A DNA stretch of 64,000 nt from Stellaceae bacterium (GTDB lineage: Bacteria; Pseudomonadota; Alphaproteobacteria; ATCC43930; CGMCC-115725): contig DATGFP010000117.1 of NCBI GenBank assembly GCA_035309005.1, forward strand, positions 5,721 through 69,720. The letters are read 5' to 3'. The translations under genes were made by a program, and so were the position numbers. A model generated the notes under the pieces. The model was not told the DNA's origin and searched no databases. It worked only from the letters and a program-made list of their open reading frames with translations. Every line of letters begins with the position of its first letter. Within the stretch, counting starts at the first letter, position 1. Shown here one piece after another: positions 46,449-56,506 of the stretch.

Positions 46449-48017
46449 TCAGGCCTCTTTCCCCGGCTCGGCGATGGCGGCCGACCACGGCGACATCACG
46501 TCGGCGACGCCGTAGGCGAGCCCATCGTCGCTGCGCAGCACGAGATTGGGGCAGGCAAAATTCGACGGCCATACCGTGTGCTCGACCAGCGCCGCGCTGG
46601 CGCGCGAGGCTAGCCGCTCGCGGATCGGCTCGGACAGCCGGCGGTCGATTGCAATCCCGGTCTCGCCGCTGACGTCGATGCGCGGATGGTGTGCCGCCTC
46701 GCCCGGCGTCATCGCGAAATCGACGATGAAGCTCGCGAGCTGCACCACGGCGGCGAGAATGCGCCGCCCGCCCGACGCGCCGACCCCAAAGCGGGCGCGG
46801 CCGTCGCGCGCCGCCACCAGAGGGCACATGTTGCTCAGGGCCCGCTTGCCCGGCGCCAGCGAATTGGGGCGACCCGGCCGCGGGTCGAACCACATCACCC
46901 CATTGTTCATCAGGATGCCGGTCTGTGGCAGTACGTAGCGGCTGCCGAAGGTCGACAACAGCGTCGTCGTCAGGGCGGCGATGCCGCCTTCGCGATCGAC
47001 CGCCGTGATGTGGGTGGTGCAGCTCTCGCCCGGCGGCCGAACGTCGCCGAGGCCGGCGAGCCGCGCGTGGTAGGATTGCTGCAAGGCATCGATCAGCGTC
47101 TCGAAGTAGACCGCGTCGGGCGCCTGCGCGAAGCGCTTGCTCGACAGCCGGTCGAGCACGTCGGCCAGCGTCGGCGCCGCGGTCAGCCCGCGCGCCGCGT
47201 GCATCGAATAGTCGCGATAGGGGATTTCCAGCGACGGCACGAGACGCGCCCGGCACGCCGCCAGATCGTCCGCCGACAAGACGCCGCCGCCCTGCCGAGC
47301 GTCCGCCGAGATCGCCGCCGCGATGTCGCCGCGATAAAAATCGTCTGGCCCGAATTCGGCAAGCCGTGTCAGCGTGTCGGCGAGGCGGCCGAGCTGCAGC
47401 GCCGGCGCCTCGCCGTTCGGCGGGCTTACCGGCGGCAGGTCGCCCGGCAGCCAGACCCGCCGGCTTTCCTCGTAGCGCCGCAGATCCTGGGCCGCGCTCG
47501 CGGTCTTCAGGGTCACCCACCAGTCGACCGGCAGCCCCTGGCGGGCCAATGCCACCGCCGGCGCGACAAGGTCGCGCCACGGCGTGCGGCCGAACCGTTC
47601 GACCGCCAGCGCATAGCCGCGCACCGCGCTCGGGATCGCGAAAGAGGCTGGCCCGTGCATGTTGCGGTCGCCCTCGACCTGAGGCCAGGTGAAAAGTTCG
47701 GTGCGCGTCTCGCCGGTCAACGGATAGGCAGCCGGGTCGAGCCCCGCCGGGGAAATCGGGCCGAAATCGACGACTTCAGCGCGGCCGCCACCCGGCGGGT
47801 GGACGACCATGAAGCCAATGCCGCCGAGCCCGCTGTTCCACGGCTCGCGCACCGCGAGCGCGAAGGCGGTCGCGACCACCGCGTCAACCGCGCCACCGCC
47901 GGCCGCCAGCACCTCGGCGCCGACCGCCGCGGCCACCCCGTTCTGGGCCACGACGACGCCGCCGCGCGAGGCGGCGACCGGCTTCCTGATCACCCAGTTC
48001 TGCATCAGCTGCGGCAT
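46449..48017 (-). CDS. ggt: gamma-glutamyltransferase family protein
   Basis: The processing/nucleophile region is CTTHITAVDREGG, with SGLGGIGFMV and a GGxxI-type C-terminal region. No signal peptide is seen. Confidence 0.85.
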   Translation of the reverse strand: MPQLMQNWVIRKPVAASRGGVVVAQNGVAAAVGAEVLAAGGGAVDAVVATAFALAVREPWNSGLGGIGFMVVHPPGGGRAEVVDFGPISPAGLDPAAYPLTGETRTELFTWPQVEGDRNMHGPASFAIPSAVRGYALAVERFGRTPWRDLVAPAVALARQGLPVDWWVTLKTASAAQDLRRYEESRRVWLPGDLPPVSPPNGEAPALQLGRLADTLTRLAEFGPDDFYRGDIAAAISADARQGGGVLSADDLAACRARLVPSLEIPYRDYSMHAARGLTAAPTLADVLDRLSSKRFAQAPDAVYFETLIDALQQSYHARLAGLGDVRPPGESCTTHITAVDREGGIAALTTTLLSTFGSRYVLPQTGILMNNGVMWFDPRPGRPNSLAPGKRALSNMCPLVAARDGRARFGVGASGGRRILAAVVQLASFIVDFAMTPGEAAHHPRIDVSGETGIAIDRRLSEPIRERLASRASAALVEHTVWPSNFACPNLVLRSDDGLAYGVADVMSPWSAAIAEPGKEA

Positions 48018-48018
48018 C

Positions 48019-48408
48019 TCACATTACCTCGAGGGCATCGACGCGGCTCTTGTAGAAAGCGTAATAGCCGGCGAGGCCCGTCGCCTCGTCAAACGGCGCC
48101 TGGTAGGCCCAGACCGCGTTTTCGGCGGCGGTTTTGCCGCCGCCGCCGGCGACCTCGATCGTCCAGTACGAACACTCGCCCTTGAACGGGCAATAGGTAT
48201 GGTGGGCGGTCGGCTGCAGCAGATCGAGCCGCACGTCCTTTTCCGGAAAGTAATGGACCGGCTGGTGGCCGGTTTCCTCGCACCGCACCGTGGCAATGCT
48301 GTCGGCGATCACGGCGCCGGCAAAGCTGACGCGCACCCGCCGCGCCTCGGGCAACAGATCGACCCGGTGCTCGGGCTTGGTGGCATAACCGGGAGCGGGA
48401 TTGGCCAT
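48019..48408 (-). CDS. DUF427 domain protein
   Basis: HYFPEKDV...TYCPFKGECSYW motif. A strong GGAGG lies before the ATG. Confidence 0.75.
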   Translation of the reverse strand: MANPAPGYATKPEHRVDLLPEARRVRVSFAGAVIADSIATVRCEETGHQPVHYFPEKDVRLDLLQPTAHHTYCPFKGECSYWTIEVAGGGGKTAAENAVWAYQAPFDEATGLAGYYAFYKSRVDALEVM

Positions 48409-48423
48409 CTATCCCTCCTCTTT

Positions 48424-48717
48424 TCAGCGGATCGTTTCGGATGGCGGCGCCTGGTTGCGGTGCGGCGCCGGCCGCTGCCCGCCGCACTGGAACGAGGCAA
48501 GGCAGCTTTCATGCAGCTGCGGATCGGTCACGGGACCGCATTCCTGGGCGATCCGCTTGGCGCGAAAGGCCGGGTTGGAGCACAGCAGCTGCTCATATTG
48601 CTGGCTTTCGCGGACGTTTTGTTGGGCACCCTGGTTGGCGTCCGATTGCGCCCAGGCGGCACCCGACGCGACGATCAGCGCAACCCCGGCAAGAGAGGTC
48701 AAATAGCCCCGACGCAT
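48424..48717 (-). CDS. small secreted hypothetical protein (4 Cys)
   Basis: Signal peptide LAGVALIVASGAAWA/Q; 97 aa. Confidence 0.5.
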   Translation of the reverse strand: MRRGYLTSLAGVALIVASGAAWAQSDANQGAQQNVRESQQYEQLLCSNPAFRAKRIAQECGPVTDPQLHESCLASFQCGGQRPAPHRNQAPPSETIR

Positions 48718-48757
48718 GGCTCAGCTCCTGGTTTTTTGGTCCCCTTGGGGTGGCGGG

Positions 48758-49516
48758 TCAGCCAACCATCGTCAACCCGCCGCTGACGCTCAACACCTGG
48801 CCGGTGATGTAATCGGACCGCCGGCCGAGAAAAAACATTACCGCCTCGGCGATCTCCTCGGGCTGCGCGATGCGGCGGAACGGGATCGCCCGGGTCAGCG
48901 CCTCGCGCATCCGCTCCGGTTGGCGCTGGAACAGCGGCGTATCGGTCGGGCCCGGACAGACGCAATTGACATTGATATGGTAGCGCGCCAGTTCGCGCGC
49001 CAGTGATTTGGTGAAGGCGATGAGGCCGCCCTTGGCCGCCGCATAGACCGTCTCGCCGGTGCTGCCGACGCGGCCGGCGTCGCTCGCGATGTTGACGATC
49101 TTGCCGGCTTGCGCGACGACCATCGACGACAGTAGCGCGCGGCTCAGGCGCACCGCGCCCAACAGGTTGATCTGGATCAGCTGGTCCCACATCTCCGGCG
49201 GATTTTCGAGAAACGGCTGGATGCGGTCCCAGCCGGCGCCGTTGACCAGCCCGTCGACCTGTCCATCGAAGATTGCGGCCCGCGCCGCGACCGCCGCCGC
49301 AAAATCCTCGATCGCCCCGGGCTGCGTCAGGTCGAGCGGCAGGAACTCGATGGCGAGCCCGTCGCGCGCCGCTTCCTCGGCAACCGCATGCCCGCCCGCT
49401 TCGTCGATATCGCCGACAAACACCCGCGCCCCTTCGTGCGCCAGAAGGCGCGCGGTCGCCCTGCCGATACCCGACGCGCCGCCGGTGACGACGACGGTGC
49501 GGTCCTCCATCTCCAT
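48758..49516 (-). CDS. SDR family oxidoreductase (FabG-like)
   Basis: VTGGASGIG, NGAG and YAAAKGG motifs. Confidence 0.85.
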   Translation of the reverse strand: MEMEDRTVVVTGGASGIGRATARLLAHEGARVFVGDIDEAGGHAVAEEAARDGLAIEFLPLDLTQPGAIEDFAAAVAARAAIFDGQVDGLVNGAGWDRIQPFLENPPEMWDQLIQINLLGAVRLSRALLSSMVVAQAGKIVNIASDAGRVGSTGETVYAAAKGGLIAFTKSLARELARYHINVNCVCPGPTDTPLFQRQPERMREALTRAIPFRRIAQPEEIAEAVMFFLGRRSDYITGQVLSVSGGLTMVG

Positions 49517-49662
49517 CGCGCTGCCCTTCCGAAACCCGCGCCGCGGCGATGTTCGACGCTGCCGCTGGCCGGTGTCAATCGCCTCGCGGCGGCCGCAATG
49601 TTTGCGCCCCGGGTCGAGTGCGTTACTGTCGGGGCCGCTGTTGCAGCGAACGGGGGGCCGCG

Positions 49663-51057
49663 ATGAGTGGGGCGGGGGAGGTCGAGCGACGGCCCCATCC
49701 GGCGATGCCGCCGCGGCCGGCCCGGCCGCTCTCGACCTACCGGCTGCTGCGGATCGCGCAGGCCAATTCGCTGGCGGCCTGCGATGACGAATTGTTCGAC
49801 GAGCTGGTGGTCGAGCGGCGGCTTTTGAGGCGGCGGTTTTTCGTCGTCAGCGATCCCGACGGCATCCGCCGTGTGCTGCAGGACAATTATGACAATTACC
49901 CGCGCCTGACGTGGATCAGGCGGGTCTTCGAGTTCGCCTCGGGCAGCGGCATGCTGCACGCCGAGGGGACGCCGTGGCGGCAGCACCGCCGCCTGATCAA
50001 CCCGACCCTCGATCACCGCGCGCTGTTGCCCGACGTGCCGATGCTGGTCGAGCTGGCCGAGGCGATGGCGCAGCACATGGCGGCGCTGCCGGCCGGGCAG
50101 GAGATCGACACCCACGAGGCTTTCCGGCACCTGATCACGCTGTCGACTGGCCACGTCTTTGCCGGCGTCGACCGCGCGCTCGACCCGATGATCGACCGCA
50201 TGGGGCAGTATCCCGGGCGCTACGGCCTGATTGATTTGCTGCCGACGCCGGGCTGGCTGCGGGCGCTCGACCGCCACCGCAAAACCCGCACCGAGGCCGC
50301 CGGCTTCGCGCCGCTCCTTGACCGACTGATCGCGGAGCGCTGCAGCGCCGCCTACGCCGGCCCCCAGGATTTGTTATGGCGCTTAGCCAACGCGCGCGAC
50401 CGCGAAAGCGGCGCCGGGCTCAGCCGCGCCGAACTGCACGACGAGATCCTGACCCTCGGCGCCACCTCGGCGACCTCGCTGCGCCCGCTGCCGTGGATCT
50501 GGTATCTGCTGGCGACACATCCGGGCGCCGAGGAGAAGTTGCACGGCGAGCTCGACCGGGTGCTCGGCGGGCGCGCGCCCACCGCCGGCGACCTGCCGAA
50601 GCTCGTCTATCTGCGCCAGGTGCTCGACGAGACGATGCGGCTCTACCCGCCGCTGCCGATCATGATGATGCGCACCGCCGCGGCCGATGACGTGGTCTGT
50701 GGCCGGCGGGTGCCGCGCCGTTCGATCGTCGCGATCATGCCCTGGGTGGTGCATCGCCACCGCAAGCTGTGGCGTGACCCCGACCGCTTCGACCCGGACC
50801 GGTTCGAGCCGGCCGAAGCTGCGGCGCGGTCGCGCTATGCCTATCTGCCATTCGCCGCTGGCCCGCATGTCTGCGTCGGCGCGTCGCTGGCGATGCTGCA
50901 GCTGACGGTCGCGACGGCGGTGCTGGCGCAGCGCTTCCGCTTCCGCCTCGTCGCCGGCCGCACCGTCGAGCCGACCGCCTGGACCAACATCCGGCCACGC
51001 GACGGCATATGGATGACGGTCGAACCGCGCGTCGCCGCGGCGAGCCGCGCGGCCTGA
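49663..51057 (+). CDS. cytochrome P450 (copy 1)
   Basis: ExxR (DETMRLYPP), PDRFDPDRF, and heme loop FAAGPHVCVGASLA. The start is ATG at 49663, or possibly 49702. Confidence 0.85.
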   Translation: MSGAGEVERRPHPAMPPRPARPLSTYRLLRIAQANSLAACDDELFDELVVERRLLRRRFFVVSDPDGIRRVLQDNYDNYPRLTWIRRVFEFASGSGMLHAEGTPWRQHRRLINPTLDHRALLPDVPMLVELAEAMAQHMAALPAGQEIDTHEAFRHLITLSTGHVFAGVDRALDPMIDRMGQYPGRYGLIDLLPTPGWLRALDRHRKTRTEAAGFAPLLDRLIAERCSAAYAGPQDLLWRLANARDRESGAGLSRAELHDEILTLGATSATSLRPLPWIWYLLATHPGAEEKLHGELDRVLGGRAPTAGDLPKLVYLRQVLDETMRLYPPLPIMMMRTAAADDVVCGRRVPRRSIVAIMPWVVHRHRKLWRDPDRFDPDRFEPAEAAARSRYAYLPFAAGPHVCVGASLAMLQLTVATAVLAQRFRFRLVAGRTVEPTAWTNIRPRDGIWMTVEPRVAAASRAA

Positions 51058-51105
51058 TTGGTGGCACTGCCGGCGACGGCCATGCCAGAGGCCGCGCTGC
51101 CGCGC

Positions 51106-52440
51106 ATGGCGATGCCGCCGCGACCGGCCCGGCCGCTCTCGACTTTCGCGCTGTTGCGTACCCTGCCGGCAAATTCGCTCGCCGCCTGCGACGACGCGCT
51201 GTTCGACGAACTCTTCGTCGCGCGCCGCTATCTGTGGCGCCGCGTCTTCGTGGTCAGCGACCCTGACGGCATCCGGCGGGTATTGCAGGACAATACCGAC
51301 AATTACCTGCGGGTCTCGCCGGTGCGTCGCGCCTTCGAGTTCAGCGCGCAGGGCGGCATGGTGTGCCTCGAGGGCGAAGCCTGGTGGCGGCATCGCCGCA
51401 TCATCAACCCGGCGCTGGACCACCGCGCGTTGCGCCCCGACCTGCCGACGCTGATCCGGCTGACCGAGGCGGCGGCCGAGCATCTGGCCGCGCTGCCGCC
51501 GGGCCAGCCGTTCGAGATCGGCCGCACCCTGACCCATCTCTTGACTCGCACCAGTGGCTGGGTGTTTGCCGGGAACGAGCCCGAGATCGACGCGATGCTG
51601 GTGCGGATGGGGCGCTATCCGGAAAAATACGGCGTCTTCGACCTCTTGCCGCTGCCGCGCCGGCTGCGCTTCGTCGACCGCTGGCGCCGCAGCCGGGCCG
51701 GTCCGGAGACCTATTACGCCCTGCTCGACCGCCTGATCGCCAAGCGCCGGAGCGCCGATTACCGCGGCGGCCGGGACCTGCTATGGCGCCTCGCCAACAC
51801 GCCGGATCGCCAGACCGGGCAGCATCTGAGCGACGCGGAAATCCGCGACGAGGTGCTGACCCTGGCCGCGACCGCGGCGACGCCGCTGCGGCCGATGATG
51901 TGGCTGTGGTACCTGCTGGCGCTGCACCCCGAGGTCGAGCAGCGTCTGCACGTCGAACTCGCCGAGGTTCTCGGCGGCGGCTCGCCCGCTCCCGAGGATC
52001 TTGGTCGCCTGGTTTACCTGCGCCAGGTGCTGGACGAGACGATGCGGCTCTACCCGCCATTGCCGCTGACGCTACGAAGCGCGGCGGCCGACGATATGGT
52101 TTGCGGCCACCGCGTGCCGCGGGGCTCTGTGGTGGCGATCATCCCGTGGGTCGTCCACCGTCACCGCCGGCTGTGGCAGCACCCCGAGCGCTTCGATCCC
52201 GAGCGTTTCGCGCCCGAGCGGACGAGCGCGCGGCCGCGCTACTCCTATTTGCCGTTCGGGGTCGGGCCGCATGTCTGCCCGGGCGCCGCGCTGGCATTGA
52301 ACGAAGTCTTGATCGCGGTCGCCGTCCTGGCGCAGCGCTTCCGCTTCCGCCTGGTGCCCGACCAGCAGGTGGAGCCGGTCGCCTGGACGACGCTGCGGGC
52401 CCGCCGCGGCATCCAGGTCACCCTCGAACCGCGCCGCTAG
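51106..52440 (+). CDS. cytochrome P450 (copy 2, tandem paralog)
   Basis: DETMRLYPP, PERFDPERF and FGVGPHVCPGAALA. The N-terminus MAMPPRPARPLST parallels copy 1. The start is somewhere between 51058 and 51112. Confidence 0.85.
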   Translation: MAMPPRPARPLSTFALLRTLPANSLAACDDALFDELFVARRYLWRRVFVVSDPDGIRRVLQDNTDNYLRVSPVRRAFEFSAQGGMVCLEGEAWWRHRRIINPALDHRALRPDLPTLIRLTEAAAEHLAALPPGQPFEIGRTLTHLLTRTSGWVFAGNEPEIDAMLVRMGRYPEKYGVFDLLPLPRRLRFVDRWRRSRAGPETYYALLDRLIAKRRSADYRGGRDLLWRLANTPDRQTGQHLSDAEIRDEVLTLAATAATPLRPMMWLWYLLALHPEVEQRLHVELAEVLGGGSPAPEDLGRLVYLRQVLDETMRLYPPLPLTLRSAAADDMVCGHRVPRGSVVAIIPWVVHRHRRLWQHPERFDPERFAPERTSARPRYSYLPFGVGPHVCPGAALALNEVLIAVAVLAQRFRFRLVPDQQVEPVAWTTLRARRGIQVTLEPRR

Positions 52441-52522
52441 ACGCCCCCCGCATTAACCCCGACATCGCGCCGCCGCTTCGGCTATCATCGCGGCCGGTCC
52501 CGGTCAGACAGCGGAAATCCTC

Positions 52523-54145
52523 ATGGCCGACATCGTACTGATCAATCCGCGTTTCTACCCGACCTATTGGGGCCTCGATTACGCCCTGCCGATGTTCCGC
52601 AAGCAAGCGCTGCTGCCGCCGATGAACCTGGCGCTGCTGGCGGCGCTGACCCCGCCCGAGCACCGGGTCACGATCATCGACGAGAATGTCGAAGCGATCG
52701 ATTTCGCGCGCTGCGCCAGGGCCGACATCGTCGGCGTCACCGGCATGGCGGTGCAGCGTATGCGGATGGCCGAGATCATCGGGGAATTGAAGGCGCGCGG
52801 CGTCTTTGTCGCGCTCGGTGGCCCCTGGGCGACGGTCAGCCCCGAGGATCTCGGGCCGCTGGCCGACGCCGTCTTCATCGGCGAGGCGGAGGAGACCTGG
52901 CCGCAGTTCCTCGCGGAGTGGGGCGCCGGCCGCCACCAGCCGCGCTACGAGCAGGCAGAGAAGACCGATATGGCCGTCGTACCGGCGCCGCGCTTCGATC
53001 TCTTGAAGATGGACCGCTACCTCTACGGCAGCCTGCAGGTGTCGCGCGGCTGCCCGTTCACCTGCGAATTCTGCGACATCATCGTGGTGTTCGGCCGCCG
53101 CCCGCGGCTCAAGAGTTCGGCGCAGGTGATCGCCGAATTGGAGAGCCTCGTCGCCAACGGGGTGCACGACGCGTTCATCGTCGACGACAACCTGATCGGC
53201 AACAAGAAGGCGATCAAGCTGATCCTGCGCGACATCATCGCCTGGCAGGAGACGCGCGGCTATCCGCTCAGCTTCGTGACCGAAGCCTCGATCGACCTCG
53301 CCGAGGACGACGAGATGATGCGGCTGATGCTCGACGCCAACATCGACAGCGTCTTTGTCGGCATCGAATCGCCCAACGAAGAAGCGCTGCGCGAAACCAA
53401 GAAGATCCAGAATTTGACCGACCGCAGCGGCACGGCGCTGGAAAAGATTCACCGCATCCAGGAGGCCGGCATCTTTGTGTGGGGCGGCACGATCATCGGC
53501 TTCGACCACGACGACGAAAGCGTCTTCGAGTTGCACCGGGAGTTCGTCGCGCAGTCGCGCATCGCGCAGATGATCGTCCAGGTCCTCTATGCGATCCCGC
53601 AAACCCCGCTCCATAAGCGCCTCGCGGCGGAGGGCCGGCTCGACGATGGGTTCGTGATGGCGAACTGGGGCGCCGCCGCCGCGACCAACGTGGTGCCGCT
53701 GCGGCTCAGCATGGCGGCGCTGCGCGAGGGCTATCTGAAGCTGATCAGCGACCTCTATACGCCCGACGCCTTCTTCGCGCGGATGGACGCGATGTGCCTC
53801 GGCACCAAATGGCTGCCGGCGCCGGGGCGCACCAAACATCTGCGGCGGCACCGCCTGCGCTGGCTCAAGCTGCGGGCGTGGGCCGGCATCCAGACGCTCT
53901 ACATCTTCGTGCAACTAATGCGTGTGGTGCCGGATGCGGAGTTGCGGCGGCAATACCGCCGACGGATCTGGCTCGCGATGAAGCGGCGCCCGAACATCCG
54001 CCTGATCCGGATCTATTGCATGACTTGCGCGGCGCACTTCCATTACGACCGGCTGATCGCGCAGATGACCGCGACGCCCCCATTCGTCGCGTCCGCCCCG
54101 GCGCCGTCGCAACCCGCGGCGGACGCCCGCGCCGCGGCGGATTAA
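52523..54145 (+). CDS. B12-binding-domain (class B) radical SAM enzyme with DUF4070-like C-terminus
   Basis: N-terminal cobalamin-binding-like domain, radical SAM cluster motif CPFTCEFC, and a long basic C-terminal helical region. Confidence 0.85.
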   Translation: MADIVLINPRFYPTYWGLDYALPMFRKQALLPPMNLALLAALTPPEHRVTIIDENVEAIDFARCARADIVGVTGMAVQRMRMAEIIGELKARGVFVALGGPWATVSPEDLGPLADAVFIGEAEETWPQFLAEWGAGRHQPRYEQAEKTDMAVVPAPRFDLLKMDRYLYGSLQVSRGCPFTCEFCDIIVVFGRRPRLKSSAQVIAELESLVANGVHDAFIVDDNLIGNKKAIKLILRDIIAWQETRGYPLSFVTEASIDLAEDDEMMRLMLDANIDSVFVGIESPNEEALRETKKIQNLTDRSGTALEKIHRIQEAGIFVWGGTIIGFDHDDESVFELHREFVAQSRIAQMIVQVLYAIPQTPLHKRLAAEGRLDDGFVMANWGAAAATNVVPLRLSMAALREGYLKLISDLYTPDAFFARMDAMCLGTKWLPAPGRTKHLRRHRLRWLKLRAWAGIQTLYIFVQLMRVVPDAELRRQYRRRIWLAMKRRPNIRLIRIYCMTCAAHFHYDRLIAQMTATPPFVASAPAPSQPAADARAAAD

Positions 54146-55722
54146 CCCGCCGCTTCGAGGCGCCGGCGCCCCTCCGGCACAGGCATTGTGCCGAGCGCCG
54201 CATCGATCACCAGGCTGCCGAGCCGGTGGGCCGGCACGTCGATGCGTCGCGGGGCGCCGCTTGCGCCCGGCCAGATCGCATAGTCGCTGTGCGGCTCATC
54301 GAAGCCGAAATGGGCGAACGCCCCGGAGAGGCTCGGCAGATGGTCGCCATAAAAGCCGAGCACCGCATTGTCGTCGCGCCGCTCGAGCCCGGCCGCCAAG
54401 AGGCGCAGCATCTCGTCCGAGCGGCGCAGCCCGTCGAGATAGCGCAACAGTCCGCCGTCGTCGGGCAACTCGCCGCGATCGAAGAGGCGTTCGATCGCCG
54501 GATCGAGCGGCGGCCCTTTCGCCATCCACGGCCCGTGATTGCCCATCGTGATCGCGAAGATGAAGGTGCGCGGGCCGGCGGCGTCGAGAAGGCGCAGGAT
54601 ATGGCGGCCGAGCTCGGGGTCCGGGCAATAGGGCGGCCGCCGTGCGCCGCCCAGCGTCTCGCGGCCGAGGAACTCGTCGAAGCCGAGCGCCGGCATAACC
54701 AGGTCGCGGCGGAAAAAGCGGCGATCGAACGGGTGCAGGCAGATCGTGCGATAGCCCGCTCGGCGCAGCCGCCAGACCTGCGATGCGAGCGGCACCCGCG
54801 CCAGCGCGTAATAGGGATTGAAGCGATCGTAGCCGAGTTCACTCTCGGGGACCCCGCTGAGCACGGCAAATTCGGTGCGCATCGTGTTGGCCCCCCAGCC
54901 CGGCACTTCGAGCCGGCCGAACTGGGCCGCTGATGTGCAGCAGGCTTCGAAGCCTGGCAGCAGCTCGCGCGGGATGCGCGGCGACAGGCGGCGTGCGTCG
55001 AAGAACGATTCGCACTGCACGATGACGATTGGTCCTCCTGTCGGGCCGCCTTCGGGCTCGCCCCGCGCCCGCACTAGGGCCGGTGCCGCGAGGCTGCGCT
55101 GCCGCGCCGGCCGCTCGGCCCGCGCCAGGACAGTATGCACAATCAGCATCGCGAAGGGGCCGAGCGCTGCCGCGTCGACGTCGGGCTCGCCGCGCGGCTC
55201 CAGGCGGTGCAGCACGCGCGCAGCGGCGGCGAGCGGAAAGGGGCACGCCAGCAGCCACAGGACAGCCGCGAACAGCGCCGCCGCGCCCGCCGCCGCGAGC
55301 GGCTGCGGCGGCCACAGGGGCGGCTCGATCGCCAGCAACATCACGGCCAGCGCTAGCGCCGCCGCGCCCCCGCCCAGCACCAGGCCAGGCCCGGCAAACG
55401 GTAGATAGAGATGCGGATGGGTGAAGACCTGCGGCAGCTCGACCGATTCAGAAAACACCACCGGTTCGCGCAGCGTCTCTCGCATCGCGTAATCGGCCAC
55501 CGTGAAGGCAGCGCCGAGCGCCAGCACCACGACGCCGACAAAGAGCGGTCGCCCGCTGGCGATGCCGAGGAGCAGCGCGCCCAGCGCCAGCGGTGCGGCG
55601 TCGAGCAGCAGCGCCGCCGGGCCGCCAAAACGCGAGCGCGCGAGGCGCCGCGGCATCAGCCAACCCGCGACGACGAGGCCCCCGCCGGGGGCGACGTGCA
55701 GCAGCACTGTGACCGGCCCCAT
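54142..55722 (-). CDS. LTA synthase / sulfatase-like (alkaline-phosphatase superfamily) membrane protein
   Basis: About five N-terminal TM segments, then IVIVQCESFF, FAVLSG, MGNHGPW and FYGDHLPS. ATG at 55722, 4 nt after the SDR stop. Confidence 0.7.
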   Translation of the reverse strand: MGPVTVLLHVAPGGGLVVAGWLMPRRLARSRFGGPAALLLDAAPLALGALLLGIASGRPLFVGVVVLALGAAFTVADYAMRETLREPVVFSESVELPQVFTHPHLYLPFAGPGLVLGGGAAALALAVMLLAIEPPLWPPQPLAAAGAAALFAAVLWLLACPFPLAAAARVLHRLEPRGEPDVDAAALGPFAMLIVHTVLARAERPARQRSLAAPALVRARGEPEGGPTGGPIVIVQCESFFDARRLSPRIPRELLPGFEACCTSAAQFGRLEVPGWGANTMRTEFAVLSGVPESELGYDRFNPYYALARVPLASQVWRLRRAGYRTICLHPFDRRFFRRDLVMPALGFDEFLGRETLGGARRPPYCPDPELGRHILRLLDAAGPRTFIFAITMGNHGPWMAKGPPLDPAIERLFDRGELPDDGGLLRYLDGLRRSDEMLRLLAAGLERRDDNAVLGFYGDHLPSLSGAFAHFGFDEPHSDYAIWPGASGAPRRIDVPAHRLGSLVIDAALGTMPVPEGRRRLEAAG

Positions 55723-55726
55723 CGCT

Positions 55727-56506
55727 TCACGCCGCCCGAATACGAAAGCGGAAGCCGCGCAGGATGCGGTCGCCGAGCAGCGCCGGGGCGAGGTCACAGA
55801 AGTGCATGCCGAGCACTAGCGGCCAGGGAAAATTGACGCGCGCGCGGCCGCGGTCGATGCCGCGCTTGATGCGGCGGGCGGCGCACTCGCCGCTCGCCAG
55901 AAACGGCACCGGCCCGTCCCAGCGGTCGGTCATTGGCGACGCAAAAAAGCCCGGGCACACCACCGTCACCCCGACGCCGTGCGGCGCAAGCAGCGGTCGC
56001 AGCGCCTCGCCGTAGGCCCGCAAGCCCGCTTTGCTGGCGCAGTAGCCGGGGCTGTAGGGCAGGCCGCGGAAGGCCGCTACCGAGGCGATCGCGACGATCC
56101 GGCCGCGGCCGCGCGCGCACAACAGCGGCGCCAGCGGCGCGATCGTGTGCACCGCGCCATTGAGGTTGACCGCGATCTGCCGCAGCGTCGTCGCGGCCTC
56201 TTCGCCGGGGCTTCCCGGTTCCGCCCCGGCCGAGGTGCCGGCGTTGGCGATCAGCAGTTCAATGGGATGGGCGCGGTCGAATTCGCCGAGCCAGGCGGCA
56301 AGCGCGGCGCCGTCGGCGACGTCGATCGCGGCGCTGCTGACGCTTGCCCCGGCCGCCCGACACGCGGAGGCGGTCAGGGCGAGACGCTCCGAGTTGCGCG
56401 CGACGAGGCCCATCACCGTGTCCGGGGCGGCGTAGGCGCGGGCCAGCGCGGCGCCGAGCCCGCTCGAGGCGCCAGTGATCACCACGACCCGGTAAGGTGC
56501 CCGCAT
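55727..56506 (-). CDS. SDR family oxidoreductase
   Basis: ITGASSGLG and YCASKAG. The ATG shares one base with the kpsC stop (TGATG). Confidence 0.8.
   Translation of the reverse strand: MRAPYRVVVITGASSGLGAALARAYAAPDTVMGLVARNSERLALTASACRAAGASVSSAAIDVADGAALAAWLGEFDRAHPIELLIANAGTSAGAEPGSPGEEAATTLRQIAVNLNGAVHTIAPLAPLLCARGRGRIVAIASVAAFRGLPYSPGYCASKAGLRAYGEALRPLLAPHGVGVTVVCPGFFASPMTDRWDGPVPFLASGECAARRIKRGIDRGRARVNFPWPLVLGMHFCDLAPALLGDRILRGFRFRIRAA

Noticed and set aside
46432-47580. Upstream 383 codons of the 620-aa track ORF that ends as the NUDIX protein
   Set aside because: This part lies entirely inside the gamma-glutamyltransferase gene in another frame and is Arg/Gly/Ala-rich. NUDIX homology starts at the ATG at 46431.
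49517-49662. General-stress (EcfG-type) promoter GGAAC-N16-17-CGTT upstream of the P450 operon. I looked for it because hpnP is EcfG-controlled in Rhodopseudomonas.
   Set aside because: The only match is poor: GAAAC...TGTT with about 14-nt spacing. That is not enough to call.
52441-52522. Cobalamin riboswitch ahead of the B12-dependent radical SAM gene
   Set aside because: The gap is only 82 nt, and I see no B12-box-like conserved core. That is too short for the roughly 200-nt element. cmscan would be decisive.
52418-53914. 498-aa minus-strand ORF antisense to the radical SAM gene
   Set aside because: It is a mirror ORF without motifs. The plus strand encodes the CxxxCxxC cluster and a coherent domain order.
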